DNA of 64,000 nt from Thecamonas trahens ATCC 50062 (taxonomy: Eukaryota; Protista; Apusomonadida), in the NCBI RefSeq assembly GCF_000142905.1, contig NW_013657668.1, positions 110,492 to 174,491 of the forward strand, written 5' to 3'. Below, in pieces: positions 35,201 through 46,132 of this stretch (the stretch's first letter is position 1; each line of letters starts with the position of its first letter). The position numbers were made by a program, and so were the translations under genes. The notes beneath the pieces were generated by a model. The model had not been told where the DNA came from. It saw only the letters and a list, made by a program, of their open reading frames with translations, and searched no databases.

Positions 35201-37318
35201 GAAGCAAGTTGATGGCGGCGGGGCAAGGCTGGCATCGGCCTTGACCTGCACCAGCCACGCGAGGTCGGCCTCGGTCGGCGGGACCGGGACCGGGAGGACG
35301 GTGGTGAAGAGCCATGAGACAAGCGCGGCTCGCAGCGCATACGAGTTGGGCACCACGCTCGCCTGATTAGCGAGGAGCGCACAGACGTCGACTGCGGCGC
35401 GCATGGCCACAGCAGCCTCATGCATGTCGCCAACAGCGTCGGGGACCGACGTAAGTTCGACCGGGCGGATGATAGGCGGCTCGCGGGGGTGGCCGGCGAG
35501 ACTTGACGTGTCAAACTGACGCATGAAGCGACCAAAGAGCGAGAAGCTATTGACAAGCGCGGGCGAGTCGATCGAGACCAGGGGGATGTTGTTCTGCGGC
35601 GCGGCATGCGCCGCAGCGTCGAGAAGCATCGAGACGATCTTCTGGACGCCGCGCAGCTGGGCGGCGGTGAGGGTAGTGGCAACCGGGGTGGCCGGCGCAG
35701 CTGCCGCCGCTCCCAGGCTCTGATCCGCGGCGGCACCGACCCGAATGGTGCCCTGGGCCTTGGACTTTTTGCCAAACTCCATGGTCTCGGCTTGGGTGAG
35801 GAGACCGGCGCCGCGGGCGAGCTGCTCGCCGATGATGGAGAGCATGACCGACTCGGACGAGTTGAGCACCAGCGCGTCAGCAGCAGCGAGCGACTGGGCC
35901 ATGTGAGTCCCGAGAACATACCGGAGGAGAACGTCGGTGTACGAGGCAAACGGTGGCGAGTGGGTCATCAACAGCAGGGCCTGGCGCATGGCCACCCACA
36001 CCAGGTGGGCGCCAAACGGGTCGGTGCCGCGCGGCAGCGCCCGCCACTCGGCCGTCTCGGCCGTCACGTTGGCCATTAGCGGCCGCTCGTTGAGGAACGG
36101 CAGGAGAGCCTCGTACAGCTGCGCCGGACTGTGGCTGTCAGCCGGCTGGAGCAAGCCGCGGAGGGCGAGGAACCAGAACGCCGCATCCTCCACCTTGCGC
36201 GCCGGCACGTCGTCGAGGGTGAACGCGACCGAGTACGCAAGCTCGGCGGTCGGGTTCCGCGCCGTCACTGGGTGGTACTCGAGGCCAGCGCCGACGTTGC
36301 ACACCGAGAACTTGTACGTCTCGCGCGAGACCTTGAAGACCACAAAGAGCAGGTACGAGCCAGCGCCGCTCGACAGGCGCCAGCCTGATGGCACAAACAC
36401 AAGATCGTTGGCTGCCATTGACCGCAGTCGCGACGTGAGGCTTGCCAGCAGGCTTGCCACCCTCGGCTCGGGTACATACGGCCACGCCGCCGCGGCTGCT
36501 TTGGCCGCCGCCTTTTTGCTTGCGACCGGTGGCGCCGGGAAGGTTAGCTTGAGCGGAAGCTTGGCCAGAGGCACCGGCCGGGCCGGTGCCACTGTATCGA
36601 TGGCGGCGGCAACCTCGGTGGCAAAGCCGATGCCGGCCGCCATGCCGTCGACGACGGGTTGGCATGCTGCCGCATGCTCGGGCCAGGCCTGCGCCAGCGC
36701 CGCAAGCGATGCGCGAAACAGCTCCATTGTGGCAATGAGCGGGTGAAGATGACGCTTGCGCTCGCCGCGCGGCGCGTCCGAGGCAATGAACGGATCGGCG
36801 AAGAGGTCGACGACCGCAGGATGCCGCCAGAGCCGATCCAGGTGCGGAAGCGGAGCCGACCCGCCGCCGCTCTCGGCACCGCCTGCAGCATCCAAAGCGA
36901 ACCGCGGGATGTCGCGCATGCCTCCGCGGCCCGACGACGAGCCAGATCGTGTCCGAGTCTTGGCCGGGCCGAGAGTCTTGCGCTTGATAGCCCGAACCGG
37001 CGCTGGCGCCGGCGCCGGCGCCGGTCCAGCAGCAGCAGCGGCTGGCAGCGCCCGCTTGAGCTCTGGAAGCGGCCGCGATGACGTCCGAGTTGACTTGCGA
37101 CGCCCACGCGTGGGCAGCGGTCGCGGGGGGCGGCCGGCGGGCGGCGGCGCTTTGGCCTTGGCCTTGGCCGGACCGGGGGTTGAGGATGGTGTAGAGCTTG
37201 ACGCAGGCGCGCTGGCCGAGCTGTCTACGCCATGGCTTGCGACCGAGATTGGCTCATGCGGTGACGACGAGGAGACGTCGGTCGAGTCCGAGTCTGATCC
37301 AAATGGGTTGTGGGACAT
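23286..37318 (-). CDS. Giant (~4,680 aa) DUF3638/DUF3645 protein with SF2-like ATPase core, EF-hand pair and Vps62-like C-terminus; apparent 1-bp deletion at ~27580
   Basis: Two long ORFs join across AVPFVG/KDVPSEASEFSHPDV (DUF3645). Motifs: QMIMGAGKTT, LLLDEVD, GFSGTP, LIDTGAL, DQVHTTGMDI, QGAFRMR, (QE)n run, EF loops DQDGDSVLTKAEL and DLEGTGVVSFAEF. ATG at 37318. Confidence 0.8.
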
Positions 37319-37658
37319 ACGGGTGACCACACGAGCGGTGAGAACCAGTTGGTAGTCCTGGTGGTAGTCCTGCCTTCAAGGTACCGCACCCAAGGTAGGT
37401 GTGTGGGCACTAGAGTGACTGTGAGTGCGTGTGCTGTAAGAGGGGAAGACACACGGGGAGGAAAGACAGGGCAAGAGTTTTCTGGTCTGCTCTCAGCCAG
37501 CGTGGCGTGTATGTGGCTGTGTGTGTGGTGTGCGTGTGTTTAGTATGCTGTGCTGAAGTTGAGCCAGTCGGTGGTGGTGTCGGCATGTGCGACCAGACAA
37601 AGCGAATGGCCACATCTCTCTGGTCTTTTTTGCTGGCTTTTGGGGGCTGTTGGCTGAC

Positions 37659-40600
37659 ATGTCGTCTTTGCCCACACGGGACGCCTCCAAGCGACTGCTG
37701 CACTCGCTCTATCTCAACGTGGCAGAGGTACGTTAGCTTGGAGATGGGAAAGCCAGCTGAGTTTGTGGTGGTAGGCAGGCTATATGGATGTACCGGAATC
37801 AGGGGTGATGCCGGTGTGTGTGTGTGTGGGAGGGGGGGGGGGGCACCCGCCTGGCGGCTTTGTTCTGGCGAAGCAAAGCCGGACGCGCCTTTTGCTGGCT
37901 CGATGCCTGCACTCGCCGGCAAACCCCTTCCATTTCTGCTGGGACTCACGCTTGGCGCATGGTGGGATGGTGCAGGCCAAGAATCTACCAGCTATGGACT
38001 TTGGTGGTACGTCTGACCCGTACTGCGTGGTGTCAGGCTTTGGCACCGGGGAGATTGTGCGGACGCCGACGATCTACAAGGAGCTGAACCCGTTCTGGGG
38101 CTCCGAGTGGTCGTTTGATGTGGCGACGTTTGCGCAAAAGCTGCAAGTCATCGTGTTTGATGAGAACAAGAAGAAGGACGCTCCGATCGGCAAGGTTGTG
38201 GTGGCCTTTGAGGCGCTGCGCAACGGCGAGCTCCGCGAGCAGTGGTATCCACTGATGCCTGTCTCGACCAAGGACATGGACTTTGTGTCGGGCGTGGTCG
38301 AGCTTGAACTGCTCAAGACGCACTCGACGCTGTCTGTGAAGCTTGTGCGTGCGCGCGGGCTGGCGTCCAAGGACTCGAACGGGCTTTCGGACCCGTACGT
38401 CAAGATCCTCTTTGCCGATGCCGAGTACAAGACCGAGACCAAGTTCAAGACGCTCGATCCCGAGTTCCACGACACCTTCCAGTTTGGGCTCCCGTCGCCG
38501 GCGTTCTACTCCAAGACACTCATTCTCACCTTTTGGGACTACGACAAGCTCTCTTCGGACGACTTTATGGGCTCGATCGAGATCAATCTGGAAGACCTCG
38601 AGTTCTCGCGGCCGCTCACCCACTGGTTTGACCTCTCGCCGATCAACCACGCGGCGCAAAAGAAGAAGGGCGGCGGCAGTAGCAGCGGGAGCGGCGCGCA
38701 CAAGGACCTTGGCTCTGTCCGGCTCAAGCTCAAGTACACGACCGAAGTCATTCTCGATCCCGTGCGGTACGACTCGCTGTTCAACTTTCTGGACCAGCCA
38801 GGCCTTCCGGACATTCAGGCGATTGGCAAGGTGACGCGCGAGCGCGAGCCGCTGGCCAAGGCGCTGGTGGCGGCATTTGCCGGGATGGGCAAGGCCATCT
38901 GGATGCTCCGCGAGCTGAACGCGGCCGAGATTGCAGCAACCGAGACGTCAAACATCATTTTCCGCGGCAACTCGCTGGCGTCCAAGACCAACGACATGTA
39001 CCTGCAGCTGCTTGGCGGCGAGTACCTCCGGTCTGTCATTCAGGGCCACATCGAGCACATCTACGCGTCGCCGCTCGACTTTGAGGTTGATCCGACGCGG
39101 GTCGACGACCCGGCGGTGCTTCCGACGCACTGGGCCAACCTCACGGCGCTTGTGGAGGACATTGTCGAGTCTGTTCTTGAGTCTGCCCCTAAGTTGCCTT
39201 CCCCGTTCAAGCACGTCTTTGCCCATCTTGTGGAGGCCGTCAAGGCACAGTTTCCCGGCGACGACATCGTTCCCTACACGGTTGTCTCGGCCTTTCTCTT
39301 CCTCCGCATCATCTGCCCTGCCATCCTCGGGCCCAAGCTGTTTGGCCTCATGCCGGACCACCCACAGCCGCGACAGTCGCGGACGCTGACGCTGGTAGCC
39401 AAGACGCTCCAGAACCTGGCGAACCTGGTCCACTTTGGGCCGAAAGAGCCATTTATGTCGCCGATGAACGCCATCATTGACTCGTTCCTCGACGACATGC
39501 GCGAGTTCCTCACCGCAGTCTCGACGCCCGACCCTGCCGAGCTCAACCAGCCGCTGCATCTTGTGGAGCATGCTGCGGCTCCGAGCAATCTCGACTGGCC
39601 GCGCGACATGGCCAAGGTTCACAACCACTTTAACGCGGCACTGCCGGCGCTCGAGGAGCATGCGGACGAGTTTCCGGACCTTTCGCTCAACGAGCTCAAG
39701 AAGGTGCTCCGCGGCATCGACACCGCGGTTCTCAACGAGATTGCAAAGATGCCCCCGGACGAGCAGCATGATGCCATGGTCTCGCTCAACCTGCAGCCGC
39801 GAGAGGCGAACGGTGCAGACGACGACGTCGGCGAAGACTGCGCCAACGAGCGCGAGCTGCAGCGCTCGGTCGTCGGTGTGGAGCACATGGGTGCGATCGA
39901 GGCTGTCGAGCTGAGCGGGGCCTACGAGGTCGAGGACGAGCTCGCCGCGTTGGAGGCCGAGCTGATGGGTGGCAGCGTGAGCGCGGATGCGGTGACGGCG
40001 GCGTCGGCGGTGACGGCGGCAGGTGGTGGGAGCGGGGGAGGCGCGGGGCCGACGGCAGCACCGATCGATACCACCGTCGACGACGTTGACCGACTCGACG
40101 AGTCGAACATGATGATGTGGAACGAAGTGGTGGGTGCACCAAGCACGGCAAGTTTTGGAGACGTAGGCGGAGCTGCGGCGGGAGCAGGGGCTGCAGCTGG
40201 AGGTGAGCCCAGAGCCGGAGCACCGGCGGCGGCGGCGACTCTGGCCGCGACGACAGTGGCGGAGCGGCAGGCGCTGCCAATATACTCGACGGCGATGATG
40301 GAGGAACTGGCGCGGCGGCTGCTGGCGACTCAGGCGGCTACCGGGCCGGTCAAGGCGACGACGTACGAGCAGCTCATGGTGCAACCGAGTGGGGGCACTG
40401 CCGGAAGCAGCAGCGGGAGCAGCAGCGGTCGACGGCCGTCAGGCGCTTCGCTCTTTGGCAGGGCTTCGGACGCGTCGGTGTCTACAGCCCGCGAGGTCGA
40501 CGACGACGGATTTGAGGTGCCCAAGGTGGCGGTGCAGACACAGGTGTCGACTAAGACCTCGTTTGGTATGCCCGAGTTTGAGGGCATGGACGCGGAGCTC

Positions 40601-41605
40601 GAGACGCTTGTGGAGGAGATGAAGACCAAGCTGCGTGTGGAGAACAAGATCGTGTCCAAGATGTACCCGGCGGCGTTTGCCGGATCGGAGGCAGTCGACT
40701 TTATTCTGCTTCTCACCAAAGGCCACGACCGCGAGCCTGCGCGGGCGATTGGGCAGCAGCTCCTCGACCGCAAGGTGTTCAAGGCGATCGACGTGATGGG
40801 TCCAGGCGCGTCCGGAACGTTTGTGGATGGCTACGCCTTCTACCAGCTGACGACCAAGCGCGATGCTTCGATGCCTGTCGGGCTGCTCAACCTCATCGAC
40901 CAGTTCAAGCTCAACGTGCCGCGCAAGCCCAAGGAGACGCGGCAGACGTACAAAGACGTGTTTCTCGGTTTCGATCTTGTCTCGTTCATTGTGACCGTCA
41001 TTTGCAAGATGAATCCGGTGCGCGGACACGCGGTCAAAGTGGCGCAGGAGCTCTTTGCGCGCAACATCATCGCCGCCCTCGACGGCTCGGACTCGTTCGA
41101 GGACGGCTATACGCACTACTACATTGTAGAGAACCCGGTGCCGGACCCGAACAGGGTGGAAAACGTGCTGGACACGTGCGGCGAGGTGGTGTACTACCAG
41201 CCGGACGTCGAGTCGCTCTCGACGCGCGACAAGCTTGATCAGGCGGTGGAGGCGCTTACGGCGTGGGCGAACCTCGAGCTGCGGGCGTCCGAGTCGGGCG
41301 CCGCCATTTCCGGCCCGGTGGGCGATGCGCTCCGCGACGGCACGCTCCTCAACCATCTGCTGACGGTCATCTCGCCGCACTACTCGGCGCTGCATGTGCT
41401 CAAGGACCAGCCCAAGTCGCGGGCCGACGAACTCGACAACATCATGCTCGTTCTCCGCTTCCTCCAGGATCAGGGCCTCGGCCTGGGCGACTTTCTTGAT
41501 CCGACCGTCCCGTCCATGTATTCGGCCACAGCGCTCTCGCTCAACGAGGGCAATGTCATGACCGCAGCCGTGATCCTGCATGCCATGCGTCGGTTGGTAC
41601 TGTGA
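37659..41605 (+). CDS. GAP1-family RasGAP: C2-C2-RasGAP-DEP-DEP-CH; 2 exons (37659-37727, 37976-41605)
   Basis: Exon 1 (...LYLNVAE|GTACG) splices to AKNLPAMDFGGTSDPY. Second C2 DSNGLSDPYV; arginine finger IFRGNS; FLRIICPAILGPKLF; DEP motifs FAGSEAVDFI and FLGFDLVSFI; CH-like TAWAN...LRDGTLLNHLL. Confidence 0.88.
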
Positions 41606-41824
41606 GCATTCTGGAGGATGATGAACAAAACGATGGTGTGGTTTTGGGGGAAGCTTGGTACTGAAGACGGTTTATCCCTTACGGTACGGAATGGACACAT
41701 TTGTCCATCGCGCAAGCCGCGCTCCGCGACGCTCCACAGACGTCGCAACGTCCGTGAATGGTTGTAACACAGTAGTACAATGTGTTCATGGCTGCCACAA
41801 CAGAAAACAGTCGGCGATGCAGAG

Positions 41825-42355
41825 ATGGACGCCGCACGCGGCGCACAAGGTCCGCGGCCGCCATCGCTTACCAAAAAGCTTCCGGCCAGTGAGGCAGTTG
41901 CGTCACAAAGCGGCTTATTGGGGAAAGTGGTGATGACGAGCAGCCACTGCAGAGGTGCGCTTCCGCTTGCGCGACGGCGCGGACTTGACCGGCAAGCTCG
42001 TCCATCGCAAGACGTCTTCGCGCTCTCCCGTCCGGCCACTGCGTTCAACTCTGTCATGCTCTCCTCCCCGGTCGTCGGGGTCGTCAACGACAAGCTCCAC
42101 ACCGTCCGCTCCCGCCGCTCCTCCGGATCGGCGCCGTACGGCACCTCGTGCGCCTCGCCCAAGCTCCCAGGCCTCCGTCACCGCGACGGCAACTCGTCAG
42201 GCGGGCATCTACATATCGGCCGCCGTCACGCATCGGGCGCGCCTCCCACCTCAAGCCACAGGCCAAGCAGGCGTCCTGCAGCGTCGGCCGGTGACCTGGA
42301 AGTCAAGCATCATCGAGTTGTTCACTTTGAGACGCGCGACAACGCGTACCGCTAA
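41825..42355 (+). CDS. Hypothetical Ser/Arg-rich disordered protein
   Basis: An open frame fills an otherwise gene-sized space and ends in RVVHF. No family recognised; start uncertain. Confidence 0.3.
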   Translation: MDAARGAQGPRPPSLTKKLPASEAVASQSGLLGKVVMTSSHCRGALPLARRRGLDRQARPSQDVFALSRPATAFNSVMLSSPVVGVVNDKLHTVRSRRSSGSAPYGTSCASPKLPGLRHRDGNSSGGHLHIGRRHASGAPPTSSHRPSRRPAASAGDLEVKHHRVVHFETRDNAYR

Positions 42356-42481
42356 GGGTCAGCACTGTACACACGCTGGCGCAGCATTTCACTTGCACTT
42401 TCTGCCAAGCACCCCCCCCACCCCCACCCTCACCCCCACCCTCACCCCCACCCTCACCCCACATTCACTGTTTGCTGTACC

Positions 42482-43513
42482 ATGGAGACTGGAGCCCTTA
42501 CTCTCAACGTTGGCGGCGTGCTGTACACAACGACGGCGGAGACGCTGCGGCGTGGCTCGGCGTTCTTTGACGCCCTCCTGTCAGGGCGGACGCCGTCTGG
42601 CCAGGACGCTGATGGGTACGATGCGAGGGGGGAGGGGAGGAGGAGAGGGGAGGGGAGGAGGAGGGGGGGGGAGGGAATTGAGACTCACCGGACGATGAGC
42701 ATGTTGTGTATGTGGTGATGGGCGACTGGTGATGGGTGACGGCTGGTGCTACGGCTGGGCTCGCTACGTGGGCTGCGGTTCGCGGGCGGCTGCTGCTTGG
42801 GCGACAGCAACTACTTTATCGATCGCAACGGCGAGGTGTTCAAATATGTGCTCGAGTTTCTGCGGACAGGTGGCGGAGTGTTTATACCGGCAGGCGACGA
42901 TGTGCTGCGGGCACAGGTCCTGTGCGAGGCCGAGTTCTTTCTGGTCGACGATCTGGTGGATGCCATCACCGAGCTGGTCGCCGACGAGGAGCAGCAGGCG
43001 GAGCCGGTGCTGCTCGGCAATATGCTGCGGACTGACGGGTACTACGTGCTGGACGATCCTTCTGAGCCAGAGGCGGCAGGCTCGCAAGCGTACTACTTTC
43101 GCGACGACGGTGAGCGGCTGCTGTACGCCGAGGGACCGAACGCCGCCGCGCTGCTGCACATCCGGCACGCGCTGTCGGAGATGCCGGCAATCTTCCGCGG
43201 AACGCCGAATGTGGCGGCGACGTATGCCGACTTTTACCTCAAGTGCATCCGTCGCGGGAGCTACATCCGCGAAGGCGCGGCAATCATCATCCAGACCGAC
43301 CAGACGGTGGTCAACAGGTACGCGGTGGTCAAGGGCACCAGCGAGGTTTACATCTCGGATGCGCCGACGTCCGGCTTCCACGAGCGGTTCTCCCGCTATG
43401 TCTTTGCGCCGTTTGAGGGCAGCCCGAAGGTGCCGCTCCCGCCCACAGCTGACGTTGCCGGCACCAGTGGCGATGCCGAGGCCGATGGTGCTGGGGAGAC
43501 GACCGAGGCGTGA
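42482..43513 (+). CDS. KCTD-type BTB/POZ (T1) domain protein; 2 exons (42482-42615, 42808-43513)
   Basis: LTLNVGGVLYTTTAETL...SAFFDALLSG..DADG|NYFIDRNGEVFKYVLEFLR...EAEFF; the GTACG...ACAG intron joins in phase. Confidence 0.85.
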
Positions 43514-43544
43514 TCTTTGCTCTGGCGGTTTTAACACGCTGGCG

Positions 43545-44974
43545 CTAGAGCTTGAGCGAGTCAGCAAGACGAGCATCGCGGCGGGTCATGTCGCGCTTCT
43601 TGGACTTGGACTTTGCCAGCTTTGCAGAGAGCTTGTTGCGGAGCAGCTTCTTGTCGACCGTGTCGGCGTCAGTGCCGAGCTCGGAAACGGTCTGGCGGTA
43701 GGCGCGGGAGCGGTTTGTGCGGCGGCCGGGCTTGGTATGCTTGGACTTTGCCTCCTGCTTGCGCGGGGCGGAGCCGCGGTCGGCCTTTGCCTCGGCTGCT
43801 TTGGCCTCCTTGAACTTGGACGGCTTCTTGGTCTTGCACCGCTGGATGCGGATGGTGCGGCCGTTAAACTCTGCGCCGGTGCGGCGGATGGCGGCGGTGG
43901 CACCGTCGGGCGATGCAAAGTTGACGTAGCCGATGCCCTTGCCGTAGCCGTACTCGGCGTCGCGGACAACCCGGACCGAGACGATGTCGCCGTCCTCGGC
44001 AAAGAACCGCCACAGATCCTCCTCCTCGGCGTTGAACGGAAGGCCGCCAAGGAAGACGGCGTTGCGCGACGGGAGCCGGCGCGGGCGCCGAGCGCGTCGA
44101 CGGTGATGTGGAAGCCATCAACAACGGTGCCGTTGGCGCCGGCAGCGGCAGCCTTGGCCTCGTCCAGCGACGCAAAGACCACGTATGCATTGAGCGTCTT
44201 GCGCTCCGGGTGCGCCTCGCGCGTGATCGCTGCAATCCGCTTCGACTGCTTCGGCGCCGCGACAGCCACAGACCGGAAGCGGATCGACTCGACGGTACCA
44301 AACTCACGCAGCGCCTTCTTGAGATTGCGCTTAGTGGTCTCCAGGCCGACGTTGCCCACAAACACCGTGCGCTTCTCCTTGGCCTTGGCCTCCTCGGCCG
44401 TCTCGGGCACCTTGACCTTCTTTGCCTCCTCCTTGGCTGCCCGCTTCTTCTCCTTCTTTGCCCGCTTCTTTGCCCGCTCATCGGACTCGGCTTCGGACTC
44501 GGCCTTGGCCTCGCCGCTCTTGTCCTCCTTGGTCCGCTTCCGCTTCCGCTCACTCTTCTTATCGTCGGCGGCGCCCTCATCCATGACCTTGATCCCGTTG
44601 GTTGTGGCCTCGTCCTTCTCGCTACTCTCCTCAGACTCGTCCTTAGTGGCAGGCACCAGCACGTTTCGGGTGAACAGCGACGGCTTGGCCGCCTTCTGCC
44701 CAGCCTTGGCCAGCGACTCGACCGCCGACATCACCACCGTGCTCGCTTCGCCCTCGCCCTCGCTTCCGCCCGATCCGTCGTTTGATCCTTCATCCCCAGC
44801 CTCAGACTTTGCCTTGTCCTTGTCCTTTGCCTTGTCCTTTGACTTTGCCTTGTCCTTGCCCTTGGACTTTGCCTTGTCCTTGTCCTTCGACTTTGCCTTG
44901 GACTTTGCCTTGTCCTTGGACTTTGCCTTGTCCTTGCCCGACTTCTCAGCCTTGCCCTTCACAGCCTCGCCATC
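43545..44974 (-). CDS. RBM34: Nucleolar two-RRM protein RBM34/Nop12-like (first exon in gap; apparent 1-bp deletion at ~44070)
   Basis: RRM1: RTVFVGNV...FGTVESIRFRS...NAYVVF. The shifted frame gives RRM2: AVFLGGLPF...VRVVRD..GKGIGYVNF. Lys-rich N-terminus. Confidence 0.85.
44805..44945 (-). repeat. Coding tandem repeat (KDKAKS)n in the RBM34 N-terminus
   Basis: Repeated GACTTTGCCTTGTCCTT units on the + strand. Confidence 0.85.
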
Positions 44975-46132
44975 CTACCCACCCGCATGTTCCACCCATA
45001 GCCATAGCCCCCCCCAGACCCCCATGTACACAATGAGTCTCCTCCTCCCCCTCCTGTCGTGCACCCCCCAGGATGGCCGTCCACCATCTCCCATCCATCC
45101 CCCACCCCCTCCCACCCCCNNNNNNNNNNNNNNNNNNNNNNNNNNNNNNNNNNNNNNNNNNNNNNNNNNNNNNNNNNNNNNNNNNNNNNNNNNNNNNNNN
45201 NNNNNNNNNNNNNNNNNNNNNNNNNNNNNNNNNNNNNNNNNNNNNNNNNNNNNNNNNNNNNNNNNNNNNNNNNNNNNNNNNNNNNNNNNNNNNNNNNNNN
45301 NNNNNNNNNNNNNNNNNNNNNNNNNNNNNNNNNNNNNNNNNNNNNNNNNNNNNNNNNNNNNNNNNNNNNNNNNNNNNNNNNNNNNNNNNNNNNNNNNNNN
45401 NNNNNNNNNNNNNNNNNNNNNNNNNNNNNNNNNNNNNNNNNNNNNNNNNNNNNNNNNNNNNNNNNNNNNNNNNNNNNNNNNNNNNNNNNNNNNNNNNNNN
45501 NNNNNNNNNNNNNNNNNNNNNNNNNNNNNNNNNNNNNNNNNNNNNNNNNNNNNNNNNNNNNNNNNNNNNNNNNNNNNNNNNNNNNNNNNNNNNNNNNNNN
45601 NNNNNNNNNNNNNNNNNNNNNNNNNNNNNNNNNNNNNNNNNNNNNNNNNNNNNNNNNNNNNNNNNNNNNNNNNNNNNNNNNNNNNNNNNNNNNNNNNNNN
45701 NNNNNNNNNNNNNNNNNNNNNNNNNNNNNNNNNNNNNNNNNNNNNNNNNNNNNNNNNNNNNNNNNNNNNNNNNNNNNNNNNNNNNNNNNNNNNNNNNNNN
45801 NNNNNNNNNNNNNNNNNNNNNNNNNNNNNNNTTCCCCCCGTCCCGACTCTCCACTCCCCTTCCCCATACCTCCCTCTCCCCTCTCCCCTCTCCCCTCTCC
45901 CCTCCCTCCCCTCCTCCAACCTCATCAATCATCACCCACTGTCTGCCCTCCCTCTACCCCCCCCCCCTCTCCTACATCCACTCCTTTCATCCGATCCCAT
46001 ACCCCACATACCGATCCCCCGATCTCATCCCCTTCCCCATACCTCCCTCCCTCCCTTCCCCCCCCCCCCCGTCCTCCCCTCTCCCCCTCCCCCCCTCCCC
46101 CCCCACTCCCCACTCCCCACTCCACCCTCATC

